The notes under the pieces: generated by a model
Seen by the model: only the letters and a program-made list of their open reading frames with translations
The model's database searches: none
Told to the model about the DNA's origin: nothing
NCBI RefSeq assembly: GCF_902459465.1
Contig: NC_047066.1
Coordinates: 3,100,001 to 3,164,000 of the forward strand
From: Asterias rubens
Lineage: Eukaryota
DNA: 64,000 bases
Reading direction: 5' to 3'
Made by a program: the position numbers and the translations under genes
Shown: one piece after another, positions 1 to 35,714 of the stretch
Numbering within the stretch: position 1 is the stretch's first letter
How the letters are laid out: each line of letters begins with the position of its first letter

Positions 1-594
1 AATAATTGTATATAGCGCTTCACACAGATATCATTGGGGGGCTTTACATTATAAGCTTATCTAAGCTGTCTGCCCCAGTAACCAGGACCACTGTCTCCTC
101 CCATGATGTGTGATGGCGTCGGTGGATTCAAGTAAGTTCAAGTAAGTTTACAACAGTGTCTTGCAGTGAAACAATGGAATTTATTCTCTGTACAGTTATG
201 AAAAGAATTGTGAGGGCAGAGTGAGTGGGATCGCAACAATGACTCATCATAATTTTTTTTCATTACAATGTAAGTACAATTTCTTATTAGTTAATAATTT
301 TATGCAATTAGCTTAAAAAAGAACACAACTTTCTTGAATCTGTAGAAATAGCTATTTCCTTTTTGATCTAACATTTCTGGTCAAATCGGCAAAAATTTTT
401 AAGAATCTTAAATTAAAACCACCTACGTGTATGGTTATTTATGGATTCTTCAACACAAAATCCAACACCAAAGTTACATAGTCTAAAACCTGATCCATGT
501 TACCAGAGCAGAGTGGTGGCGGGTCTGCAGGGCCTCCACTCTCAGAACCCTTGTCCCCATAATAATGAGACTTAAACAACGCACAAATGAATGG

Positions 595-962
595 TTCGGA
601 TAACTTTCGGTATGGCGCCACCACTTTTTCACTCATTTTTACAAAAAGGGATATCTCATTGAGGTAAATTAGAAACTTTATTATTTCATATCAAATGATA
701 AAGTGGTGGCGCCATACGGAAAATTTTCCATTAATAATAAACAAGTTAATAAAAAATAATAACAAAGTAATAATTAATAAATGAATAAAAATGGATCTGC
801 TGGTAAAATAGAAATATTATTAGGAAAAGTTTCCGTATGGCGCCACCACTTTTTCATTCGAAATAAAATAATATAGTATCTAATTTACCTGATTGATATA
901 TCCCTTTTTGTAAAAATGAGTGAAAAAGTGGTGGCGCCATACGGAAAGTTATCCCATTATTA
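595..962. mobile_element. Palindromic MITE family F (tccgtatggcgccaccactttt...aaagtggtggcgccatacggaa), tandem pair
   Basis: Other copies at about 11123-11256, 12826-12968, 47218-47345, 61201-61270 (half) and 62968-63108. Confidence 0.8.
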
Positions 963-3265
963 TTAAAACAGTTGATTTAATGGCCTTTTTTGCCACTGCA
1001 CTGCAGTTACAAGCCATAGACTGCAACGTGATGATGGGGATGGATGTGGGTGAGGTTTCCTAAACACTTTAACCAGAAATGGCTTGGATTGGATGGAGTG
1101 GGGACTGGGGTGATCAAAACAAAAGAAATACAACAAGTTGTTAACCAAAGTACAAAGTGAAAACATATACATCTACATCTACTCAACTAGTACTGCTACT
1201 TATCTAAACATATCTAAAAATGTGGAAATTTTACTGATAATGATAAGGCAAAGTAAAGTGTGTGGTGCCCAACACAAGCGTAGTGTCGGGTTCAATACGG
1301 CCTAGCGATGGATAGATCGAACTTAATTAAATTTGTCAAAACACTGATTGAACCGAGCTGAAAATATCTACCAAAAGCAGGTATAATGCAGAAAAAAACA
1401 TACCTGAAACAACCATAGCCTCATTAGGCCCTACGGTGTTTACATTCCCCATGGTGCTGCTTCGTGAAGGCTGAAGAAAACAACGTTTTTAACACACGGC
1501 AACAGCAGCCACAGCCTACAAATGGCAACTATTTTGGTCGTGTGTATTTTGATGTGTGTGTACGGTGTGGTGTGTTGGCGTACGCACGTAATCAACTCTC
1601 CTGTAGTTACTGCACAAAAATTTCCACAACAAGAAAGATGGCCGATAGCACCCACCAAATTAGTTTCCTACGCGCGTTCAGGGAATCACAGATTCTTCAG
1701 TTATTTTATTTACTGCTTAAATTCTAATTGTTCAGCACACAGATTTTAGCTTTCCATTATAACTTAGAAATTCTTGCAACATTAATTTGTGGTATAAGAT
1801 GTGGACAAGGTAAATAACTTACAATATTACTTCAAAGATTCGTGGGAATTGAAACCAGAATGGTCACGTGGTAAAGGGTGGGACGCGTTGGGTTTGTGTA
1901 CATTGTACTGAAATGCATTAATTTACACATGTACATACATCAACAATGTGTAGTGGGTTACGCAAGTAGGAGTACATTGCAAAACACGGGACATTTTGAG
2001 CAGCAGTAAATTTCCATCGGCGATGATTCATCAATGGCCATTGATAATTTTCATCATCATGGAAATAAAATTAATAAAATTCGTGTTTGTACTACTCTGT
2101 AGATAATAAACCTGACGTTTTCCTACACAAAAGGGTCACTTTGATTTTTGAAATATTTTCTGACAATTTTTAGTCCATCCCCCATAATTGAAAATGGGTG
2201 TTAACGTATAGTACGGGACGAGGGCGCTGTTCTGTGATGTCACATACACACCGGGTATTAATTTGTCACGCCCTGTTGGATGCCTTTTGAATCAAGTGCG
2301 CTTTTGTCATTCGTCGTAAGGTACCAAGAAACCACAGAGGTATATTTCTACATCCGAGGGAATCCTAACCAGGAATAATGATTTATTTAAAAATCCGTAT
2401 CTCGGTCCGTATCTCGGACCAGGCCTGATAAAAATGACTCAATTTCACCTGAGGGACACGTGCCTTTTGGATCGGGCGTCTTTGGATCGTGTGCACAGAA
2501 TTTGTGAGCGAGTTGGGGGGGGGGGGGCACAGCCTCGCTTGTGTTGTCGGCGTTATTGACAGCAACATTTTCGTAATACTAACCTTACGGATTATAAAGC
2601 ATCAGTATAGCTGTTAATCACCCGAAAAAACTGTGAGGTCACAGAGGTGCCGCCGATATTGGGTTCTTTGGCGTTTTGGTCTTGCCTTGAAACCTGTGTT
2701 CCCTCTCACAACTTTGTCTTGCAAAGGGGTTCAACATGGTATAGATCCCAGTTCTGTCCCCCGGAGATTCGAGTTGGTCCCCGGGCCGGAGGAGGGCGCT
2801 CAGAAGAAGTTTGTAGTGACGTTTCGCCAATGGGGATCGAATCTCCGGCGCCAGGCAGAACGGCCACTTCGTCCAAGTCCGAACCAACCCCTATAGGCCT
2901 TTGCACACAGCACTAGCATTACGCACCTCCGACCAACGCGCCTTTTGTGCAATTTTTTGGAGTGACAAAAAAAATGGCAGGGGCAGACTGCATGTATGGA
3001 TGGTGGTATAGACTTGACTCAATCCCGTTCCAATCTCAAAAAAACTATTGTTTTGTGATGCTCTGCATTCCCCAACCTGTTCCGCACGCGGGCGGGACTC
3101 CACGATCATTTTGACCGCACACGAGAACGGGACTTGATTCAAGTCTAGGATGGTGGGTGCGTGGAAGTGCGTTGCGCGTTGTGCAAGGTGTCTATTTTTG
3201 GAACAGTAACAATGAATGTAATTGTTCGCCGAACAATGGTTTCCTTTGTTTGCTGGTTCTCGGTT

Positions 3266-3279
3266 GTTGCTAGAGCTAC
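3266..3279 (+). promoter_or_regulatory. Candidate RFX X-box upstream of CIMIP1
   Basis: GTTGCTAGAGCTAC, about 80 bp before the ATG. Strong GTTGCT half-site, one mismatch in the RGYAAC half. Confidence 0.35.
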
Positions 3280-3357
3280 AGTGCGCTATGCAATCTGACG
3301 CAAAACTGTACAAAGTGAGAAATTTAGTGTGCAGACAACAATACTCAACCATCAACT

Positions 3358-5135
3358 ATGGCAACCACGAGGAAAATTGGGACCCATCTTAATTTTGTTC
3401 ATAATGATGAAATATGGTAAGTAATCTTGAGGCACCGTAAGGGCCTAATTTCATAAAGCTGCTGACCACAACAATTTGCTTAGAATGGTCGGAACGGCCG
3501 GTTGTATAGTCATGGATCTGGAGGATTCAGATGAAGACAATTTATTTTCCCTTCCCATTGGACACTTTCGGAAAATAATTTTTTCCCACAGATTTACAAA
3601 TAACTTACAGGGTTTACAGAAGGTAATGGTGAAAGACTTCTCTTGAAATATTATTCCATGAAATGCTTTACCTTTTGAGAAAACATTACAACAGTACCAA
3701 TTCTCGATATCGAGATTTTCGGATTTATTTAAAACACGTCATGACACGGCGAAACGTGCGGAAACAAGGGTGGGTTTTCCCGTTATTTTCTCCCGATTCC
3801 GATGTCTGATTGATGAGCCTAAATTTTTGTTATTTTATATATTAGGCCTATAAGTTGTGATACACGAAGTGTGGGCCTAGTGTGGGACAATACTGTTTAC
3901 CGAAAGTGTCCAATGGCTTTAATCTATCCATCTCGACAGTGGCATAATTTTAAAAGTTTCTTGACGCACCGATTTGCTATTATTTCTTTGTATTGGTGGA
4001 GGTTACCCTTTCCAGAAAAAAAAAATCAGTAATTTATTGCATAATCTGTGCTTAAAAGTAGTGGACACTACTGGTAATTGTCAAAGACTAGCCTTCACAG
4101 TTGGTGTATCTCAACATATGCATAAAATAACAAACCTGTGAAAATTTGAGCTCAATCGGTCTTCGAACTTGCGAGATAATAATGAAAGAAAAAAACACCC
4201 ATGTCACACGAAGTTGTGTGCGTTTAGATGGTTGATTTCAAGCCTCAAGTTCTAAATCTGAGGTCTCGAAATCAAGTTCGGGAAAAATTACTTCTTTCTC
4301 GAAAACTATGGCACTTCAGAGGGAACCTTTTCTCACAATGTTTTATACCATCAACCTCTCCCCATTACTCGTCACCAAGAAAGGTTTTGTGCCAATAATT
4401 ATTTTGAGTAATTACCAATAGTGTCCACTGTCTTTAATCTGTGCTTAGGCCTAATTACCAATAACGAAAAGGGTATCGGAATACCCATTTTCCTGAAACT
4501 AGGATCGGAAATAATGACACCCTCCATGATTACACAGTACACAGGCATCATTTGTTTTATTTTCCCCGGATTTATTATTGTTATCGTTATAACTCCATCA
4601 ACAATCTCACTTCAAAAGGAAAGATCACGTTCGTCACGAGCTTCAGTCGCTCCGTAAATGGCCGGAGCAATGGGGTCTCATGACCCGTGAATACACCCGT
4701 CTGAACCGTCGAATGATCGGCGAGCGTCTCACACCAGAAGCCGGTGACTCCCTCTATCCTACCCGGTGTCCATCCGTCGGTAGCGATCAATCCACGGCAT
4801 CATCATCCTCGCGAAGATCAACCCCGGGGTTTTCCTCAACTCGCCTACCGTCGATCTTGGGCAGTAGCCCCATGTCCTGCTCGCCTGTGCACCCGTACCA
4901 CGACTCACACCACCGGGCTAGACTCCCTACTATCAGCACTGGGTCTCCCGAAGGTGTACCTGAAAGGGTGCAACGCCCCTTCCCGGCGTTTCCCAAGACA
5001 ACATCGGCTGAAATAGGGTGGCAATCTGCTATACCTGAGAATAAATTAGAAGTTTATGGGAGGTACGCCCCGAACGCACGAGGGCAGCATGGGATACTGA
5101 AGTTGCTGGACTGGCCTAGGCAAAGTATTATGTAA
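3358..5135 (+). CDS. CIMIP1: Ciliary microtubule inner protein 1 (C20orf85/LLC1 family), 2 exons, 191 aa
   Basis: Exons 3358-3416 (MATTRKIGTHLNFVHNDEI-TG|gtaagt) and 4619-5135 (aag|G-KDHVRHELQSLRKWPEQWGLMTREY...PFPAFPKTTSAEIGWQSAIP...LLDWPRQSIM*) join in phase 2. The motifs NFVHNDEIWK..E....W...WG and P.TT...IGW.SA.P...L.WP match the recalled C20orf85 pattern. Confidence 0.75.
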
Positions 5136-5805
5136 CCAATTTCAACATTCTGCTTTCATCCTCGGAAGATTAACAACTTTTTTGTAGATAAGACAACAAT
5201 GATCAGTATTTCCCAATGTATTAGTTTCAGAAATGATCAATGAAAATTGTACCAATGCAGAATATTGTTTGCATTAATAGTGCTTTCTTTAATACACATT
5301 CTGTAGAGAATATTTATGACAGCCTTTTTAGTTTGACATTATTCACCATTAATTAGGAAAAGAACTTTCATCTTTTATCAGAAAGAAATTTTGCTAGCCA
5401 TTGATTATTGTTGATTGATTTATGTGGTGTTGTGTGATATGCAACTCCTTACTCTCCAATTAACTAACTCACTGAAAAGCTTTGCTATTGTACATTGTGT
5501 GCAGTATTTTATTACTACAATTTAATAAAACACATAATTAGTATGCAAAGTGCTTTAGTTTCTGTGTAGAGTTTTAAAGTTTTATGATGATTTCATGAAG
5601 TTTATTTTATACTGTAAAATGATGTAATGCAATTTAAGATATAAAATAATAAACCAGAGGGGAAAATAATGGGTTGAACAAACAAATTGACTCGATTTTG
5701 AACGATAATCTTATCCAACTCTATGAAAGTGAGCCCCTGCTGCACAAAGTATTATCCACAATTTAATGAGTTAGTCTGAGGTTAATATTAGTACAATCCA
5801 ACCTT

Positions 5806-6207
5806 TTAAAGCCATTGGACACTTTCGGAATAGAATTGTTTTTTTTTAAGTTCACAGATTTACAAATAACTTACAGGGTTTACAGAAGGCGATGGTGAAA
5901 GACTTCTCTTGAAATAATATACCAATAATATATATCTTGAAATAATATCTTGAAATGCTTTCCTTTTTGAGAAAACAATAAAACAATATCAATTCTCGAT
6001 ATAGAGATTTACGGATTTATTTTAAACACATGTCATGATACAGCGAAACGTGCAGAAACAAGGGTGGGTTTTCCCGTTTTTTTCTCCCGACTCCGATGAC
6101 TGATTGAGCCTAAATTTGCACAGGTTTGTCATTTTATATATAAGTGGTGATTCACGAAGTGTGGGCCGTGGACAATACTGTTTACTGGAAGTGTCCAATG
6201 GCTTTAA
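5806..6207. mobile_element. MITE family B (ttaaagccattggacactttc...gtgtccaatggctttaa)
   Basis: Related copies at about 3555-3922, 18974-19347, 19344-19664 and a truncated copy at 31056-31138. Confidence 0.85.
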
Positions 6208-8594
6208 TCATTCGTAGATTTAGTAATTAATTATCAGTTATTAAAGTATTTATATTCAATTTTAATTTTAATACTGCTAAGACTTAAAAATTCTGAGCCC
6301 ATTTAACCACAACTCTTTTCAAAATTCAACATATTGTACATAATCAGTCTTTGGACATAAAAGGAAATTTACAACCCTTCTGATTTTACATTCAACACTC
6401 ATTTAGGAAGCTCATTTTCTCGTAGAACCATCTTTAGTTGGCACTTTGTATTCATCAGAAATTGTTGGATTAAGTTATTTACCCTTGATATGACAAAATC
6501 TGGAAAAATCTTAAATGTATAAAGAGTTGTGCCTTCCCAAGTTCCCTTTGAAAATGTGGGGGGGGGGGGGAATAATATAAAGCTGGCAGTTTAGGGAGCA
6601 TCTCAAGAATGTATTCCGGCATGTGTACAATAACATGGTCGGTCCATTGGACTGCATGAATGTACCTTGGGAACAGTTAAATTGATTATTCACTTGAATA
6701 AGGTTGTTCCTGAAGTTCGGCACAATGTCGTAGTCTAGAAGACTGGTTCACTGGATGGAATTCGGATGTATGCCAACAGGAACGTGTTTTCTCTCCCAGA
6801 TATGTACCCACTTTTAAGATGCTCCCTTAGTCTAGTTCAAACCACAGATCAAGTCTATACTTAGCAAAAACAGAGTGGGGTGGGGCACCAGTAAACTTAG
6901 TGGAATTTTGGCTTGTAAGTTTTTGCTTGCTAAGCAATATTTTGTCTGTGCTTAGAATGTTTTTGTGCATACAATCTTTATGAAATAAGGCCCTGCTGAT
7001 TCCTCTGTGGTTTAAAGATTTTAAGTATTTTTGTTGAACACGTTGCCTTGGATCGGTCGAGTTGGTCTTTGAAAAACGTTTGTACCCGTTTTTTATAAAA
7101 TGCATATGGGTAGAAAGATGTTGTTAAAGTAGAATACACTGATCCAAACAAACATGCCTCGAAATTGCACGGTTTTCATCTAATCTCGTCGACTAAAACG
7201 GTCTTCCATTTATGGGAGTCAAATTTTTGACTCACATAAATGGCAGACCGTGTAAGTTCGCACAGTAACAGGAACACAACGCAATTTCGAAGCAAACTTT
7301 TAAAACATCTTTCCAACCATATGCATTTTATAAAAAATGGTTACAAACGCTTGTTATAGACCAACTCGTCCGATCCAAGGCAATGTGTTCCTTTAATCCA
7401 TTTGTCTTAGCAAATTTCAAAGCACTGACCCCCGATCAAGAATTAAACAAAACGAAAACAAGATTTACAATCTAGTTGAAATTAATCACCATAAGCCTTT
7501 TAAGAAACTTGTGTTTGGTACTGGTTCCCTCAAAGTATATCGATAAATTTCAGTTAAAAGCAAACTTTTGCCGTGAGCACCAGAGGTAAGGGTATGTCTT
7601 TGTTGTCAACTTAAAGCTGAATTATAGGCAACATTTTCAAAAAAGATACAACAAAAATCAACATCGCGTCTACTTATTAAGAAAACAGCAACGAACTTTC
7701 ATGGTATTTTAAATCTTTTAAGTCATTCCCAAAGTAAGACCGACCCTGAAGTCAAAATTATAAAAACATCAAGACCCAATGCAGCAGCAAAATGTCCAAA
7801 GGTTGAAGTTCAAGTTTGCTCACATTTTATGAATGAATCTTTGGGTTTTCTGGCGATGATAGCCTGATACCACTTAAAAAAAAATACTGTCCACAAGAAA
7901 CAGTGTACAGATTTTATGTAAACTTACAGGGCAATTTAGTTTGCGACATTTTGGTAATTTTAAGCAAGCACACATTATTGCTGGATTTACTGCTACAATA
8001 CATTTTGTCAGCTATTCTCAACAAAAATTTCAGTTATCACTATACTTTCCTGTCACTTTGACTCAATTTGATTGTTTAATGAAAATAGGGTTGCACAAAA
8101 AGCATTTAAATCGAAAGGTTAAAGGAATGAACACGATTCTACATCTTCCTTTTTACCCTAGGGAAAACTTCCCGAGTTCAACAAAATCCATATTGCATTT
8201 TACACAGTAAATTTAACCCTTGAAACTGCACCAAAAATTGTATGGTTGAATGTTTTATATTATTAAAGATGAGAATAAGTGGTGAATGTTAATGCATGTA
8301 CAATTCAGGGGACAAATACCTTACACAATAGCTCCACACACAAATTAATAGCTACAACCTAGAGCAAGTTTGAGTGCGCACATCTAGTTGACTACTGACC
8401 TGCAACGTACATGCGTAGTGACGCACTCACTCGAACGACTTATTGGGAAGTCATGTCAACCAATCGGTTCCACAGTATTTAACACTTCCATTGCCTGTGT
8501 TTCCGCTATAGGTGTCACTGGTTCCCCTCTGTGCTTTACACATGTTAGCATTGAACTAGCCCTGGCGGCCTTACACTTTCGTATTGTACTACAG

Positions 8595-9150
8595 TGACGT
8601 CCTGGATATCAGGGTCCATTTCTGGGGCGGAAATTTTTCAAAGCTTCTTAACTCAAATCTTACCTGCAAGAAACCACTAATTTCAACAGATTCACATTCC
8701 ATGGCAGCATATGTTTTTCTGGGTGGGTTTTGATCGTCATATATTCTTCAAAAATCCGTCATTTTCATGAAATAATGCAGCTCCCAACGTTAAGAAATTC
8801 AAATTTGTGTCCGTGCTCTCACAGTCTGCCGTGTGTACGCACGACGCGCAAATCTTGCATTGCGTTTGTGTGTTAAACGCTGTGCAGTCAAGATGTACGC
8901 ACGGCAGCAGACAACACTGTGAGAAAACGATCAAAACGTGAATTTTTTAACAATGGGAGCTGCATTATTTCACGAAAATGACGGATTTGTGAAGAATATA
9001 TTACGACCAAAACCCACCGCAGAAAAATGTATGCCGCCATGGAATGTGAATCTGTTGAAATTAGTGGCTTGTTGCAGGTAAGATTTGAGTTATGAAACTT
9101 TGAAAATTTTCCGCCCCAGAAACGGGTCTTTATAGTTAGGACTCTGTATC
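8595..9150. mobile_element. Long-TIR MITE (tttctggggcggaaatttttcaaag...)
   Basis: Arms of about 200 bp in inverted orientation around a short spacer; no ORF. Confidence 0.75.
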
Positions 9151-9229
9151 TGTGTACAGAGAAAGAGTACTATATAGGGCTAGCATTGAACATGATATCT
9201 GGACCACAGAAAAAAGCATGGTCACAGCC

Positions 9230-9390
9230 AGGGGTGGATTTCACAAAGAGTTAAGACTAGTCTTATCTCGAGTTGGGAAGAGTTACTCGTCCTAACTAAG
9301 GACTACCCATAGGTTTTTTATATCTCCTAGGACTAGTCCTAAGTTACATTGTGTAGGACTAGTCCTAACTCTTTGTGAAATCGACCCCTG
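9230..9390. mobile_element. MITE family E (ggggtggatttcacaaagag...ctttgtgaaatcgacccc; internal ctaggactag repeats)
   Basis: Terminal inverted repeats; second copy at about 20308-20452. Confidence 0.75.
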
Positions 9391-9595
9391 GTTCCAAATG
9401 GTCGACCACAGTAGTCAACCAATGTTCGACCAGCCTGGGGTTGTCAAAATGGTCAACCTTTAGTTTGACCATGGTGCACAATCAAACTTAAGCTCATAGA
9501 TGTGAACTCATGTCCCTAGTTGTCTCAGTCTGTTGTTTTTCTCTCTGACACTGGGAGGCAGAGGAGGAAGCTCCATCAACACTATCGGCTAGTTT

Positions 9596-11887
9596 TCATC
9601 TGTATAAGATCTTGTTGACGTCTTTATTGACGCCTGCAATACGAGTGTCCACATTTCCTGTTTTGTGAGTGATGCGGTCAATGTCATCATTCTGTCTAAC
9701 AATCTCATCTCCCAGACCAAGACCAAGGTTTTTGAGTCGACCAAGTCCTGCGGCCAATTCATCTGTTTCGGTAGAAGATAAAAAAGGAAATCAATTGCAA
9801 CTTGTTTCAAAATAGAGAAACACTTTTCATTGAAACTAATTAAATAATTATATCTGAGTATCAGTCAAACACTAACATGATGAATTATTTATTCTTCAAT
9901 CACTTTGAGGTGGTATTAAACAACAACAATTGACTAGAGCTGGATGTGAACCAACGACCTCCTGATTTACTCTATGGGTCGGTCAGAAGATCCTCTTCAG
10001 GGGATGGGACTTTTTCTAAACTCAACTTAAACAGGTTTTTACAAACTTGCTTTTACACATTCATATTGACTTTAAAGATCACAAGTTCCTGAAAGGAAAG
10101 AACCAAGCTTGAACTTTTTTATCATCATTTAGGCGGTGTTCATCCAGTGTATGATGTAGCCCTCCTTATGTAAATGCCATTCATTTATATTTCTTGCAAT
10201 TTCTTGCAATTCTGGTCTGTGTTGATCCTGCCAGATGTCATCTCTTCATCTTCTTTTCTGTCTTTGAATAAAAAAGCTTGAACAACAACTCACCTAAATT
10301 ATCATCCAGCTGTGAATCAAACGCTTGCGTCCTCGACTTTTGACTATAATCCCTTGAGGAAGATGAGGGTGTCTCTTCAAAGCCAGAGGTATCGTATTTA
10401 CTGTAATAGTTTGTGACTTTTGGATTTTTCAGTCGCATTGCAGGATGCTCTTGCTCGTCCATTCTGCTAGAACTCGAATCTGATCGGTCATTGACCATTT
10501 TCTGAAGTTTACTTGGAGCTCTCTGCTGTTCGGCAGCCTCCTCTTTAGCGGCTTTCTTCCCCTGGAAATAGTTTACAACGCCTCCGAAGACGCTGCGGAG
10601 AGATGTCACATGCCTTTTGGAGGCGTCTAGATCCTTATTGATTGTGTCTAATTTCTTGTCAATATTCTGAAGTTGTTCTCCTTGTCGTAACAATTCCTGG
10701 CCGAATGAAACAGATTATAAGCTTAATATTATAGGATGTTTATATCAGGAAAGGCGATAAGTCTGTCGCAGTTTGTCTATCGACTGTAACTTTTTCTAAG
10801 CACCTGAAACCACCCATGTAACCACTCCATGGAACCCTAGAGAAATGACCACTTTTAGTGGAGTATGGGATACAGTGGAGTATGGGTTCCAGTCTCTTGC
10901 CAGGAAAATTATTTCTGACAATAGTTTGACTTGAATGACAGTATTTTCTTTGCATAGAATCATTTTGAGTTTGATGTTTAAACAAGATACAAAATTGGAC
11001 GAAAAAAGTTACCTGCCTTTTTCGTCCACTTTACAAAGAAAAATTAGAGAGCGACTAAAAAATTAATAATCCTTAGTCAACTCGTTTTATTTTCAGTAGG
11101 CTATATAGACCTAATGTCAATTTGGAAAAGTTTCCGCATGGCGCCACCACTTTTTCATTCGACATGAAATAATACAGTATCTAATTTACCTCAATGATAT
11201 ATCCCTTTTTTGTAAAAATGAGTGAAAAAGTGGTGGCGCCATACGGAAAGTTATCCGGCAATTCTTCACATATGGTGTATTGTGGGATTGCAGAACTTAA
11301 TTTTTAAAATTGTTTACAAGCATGGCAGGGCATGCTCATTTTGGTTTTTTGGCTTTCCGAATGCGCTAAGTGTTATAATAATTGAATGTGTTATATTATA
11401 TTATTATAATATAATTTTTGTTTTGAAAGTTATTGTATTTTTGTTTTATATTCAGTTTCAGCATTAAATAAATGGCAACATTGAAAACAAAAACATTCTG
11501 TTGAGAAATTAATGTCAAAAACAAACATTCTCAGTGCAACAATTGGTATCACACGACTCCACTACTGACTCATGATTATGACAGAACCCAATCATTCATA
11601 CATAGTTAAATACTCACGTGAGCTGTTTCATTTCCTGCATCTTCCGACTCGTACACCAAACCCAATGAACGTTGTGTGCTCTGCAACATATTTTGTTGTC
11701 TTTCTTCAATTTGACTTTGTATGGACATTGCACCGGCATTTGGGTCCCCGTATTGGTCATTTTCCTCCTCTTCATAACCAAAATCGCCATATTTATTCCC
11801 TCCGGATCGAGATGATCCAGACGGCACAAAAACGAAGTCTTTATCATCATCATCGAAAGGGTTTTTCGGACGTTTTCCGTAAGACAT
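9596..11887 (-). CDS. SNAP29: Synaptosomal-associated protein 29 (Qbc-SNARE), 3 exons, 279 aa
   Basis: Exons 11887-11618 (phase 0), 10696-10294 (phase 1) and 9762-9596, all with GT-AG junctions. N-terminal NPF motif (KNPFDDDD), first SNARE motif (STQRSLGLVYESEDAGNETAHELLRQGEQL), second SNARE motif (LDDNLDELAAGLGRLKNLGLGLGDEIVRQNDDIDRI). Frame is open throughout. Confidence 0.93.
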
Positions 11888-12559
11888 CTTGTTCTGTGGG
11901 TGTTTTTGTCAATAAATGACGTCACTCTCACTCTGGTAGTTTTCGCTGGTCAATAACAATAGCTTTAGTTATGCAACAAAAGAATGTCGGGAACCAGTTG
12001 TGTCCACAACCCACATCTTTTTTGAGGTCAAACATGGCTCTTTCAGTCAATGTATGTTAATTTGTAAAGGTTACTCGAAACAATACAATTTTAGTTTATA
12101 TTAAGTTCTAAAAATGGTTGATTACATTAAAATTATATTTTTAAATGTATTTTCTTAGTTATTTAGTATAAAATTAGACTGTAGGCAATGTTTAAGATAA
12201 TAAATTTGGAGCCAAAAGGAAAATAATAACAAACGTCATTTTGCTATCTTGCTGACCGAAGTCGGTAACGAATAACGTCTGCATTTTTAAAGGTGGTATG
12301 ATATTTTTTAACGAGAAAGGCCTGCTGAAAACAAGCATAATGCTATGAAAAGGGGGTTCTCATACTGGAGGGACTGCAGGAAGTGAGATTCCAGCTCTTT
12401 CTATTCATGCAATTCGTGATTGAACGGGGCGGAGAATCTCTCTCGTTGTGATTACGTACGTTCATGACGATCAGCTGTTGTGACCTTCGTTCGACTTTCG
12501 TCGTCGCTGAGTTTGGGCAAGGCTTGCTTCACGGCTTGTGACCCGGCCGGGGTGTAGGG
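11888..12559. promoter_or_regulatory. Bidirectional promoter and 5'UTRs shared by SNAP29 (-) and BCAS3 (+)
   Basis: Only 672 bp separate the divergent ATGs at 11887 and 12560. A CpG-richer stretch lies at about 12380-12640, with an ETS-like CAGGAAGTG near 12377 and a GGGGCGGA GC-box near 12426. Confidence 0.7.

Positions 12560-35714
<23,155 letters not shown>

Noticed and set aside
28-270. Two possible plus-strand exons with CDG..C (LDLa-like) residues
   Set aside because: Contains a stop or frameshift, cysteine spacing is poor and the window edge removes context.
6560-6830. Coding-looking stretch between CIMIP1 and SNAP29
   Set aside because: Stops in all useful frames and no recognisable motif or splice pair.
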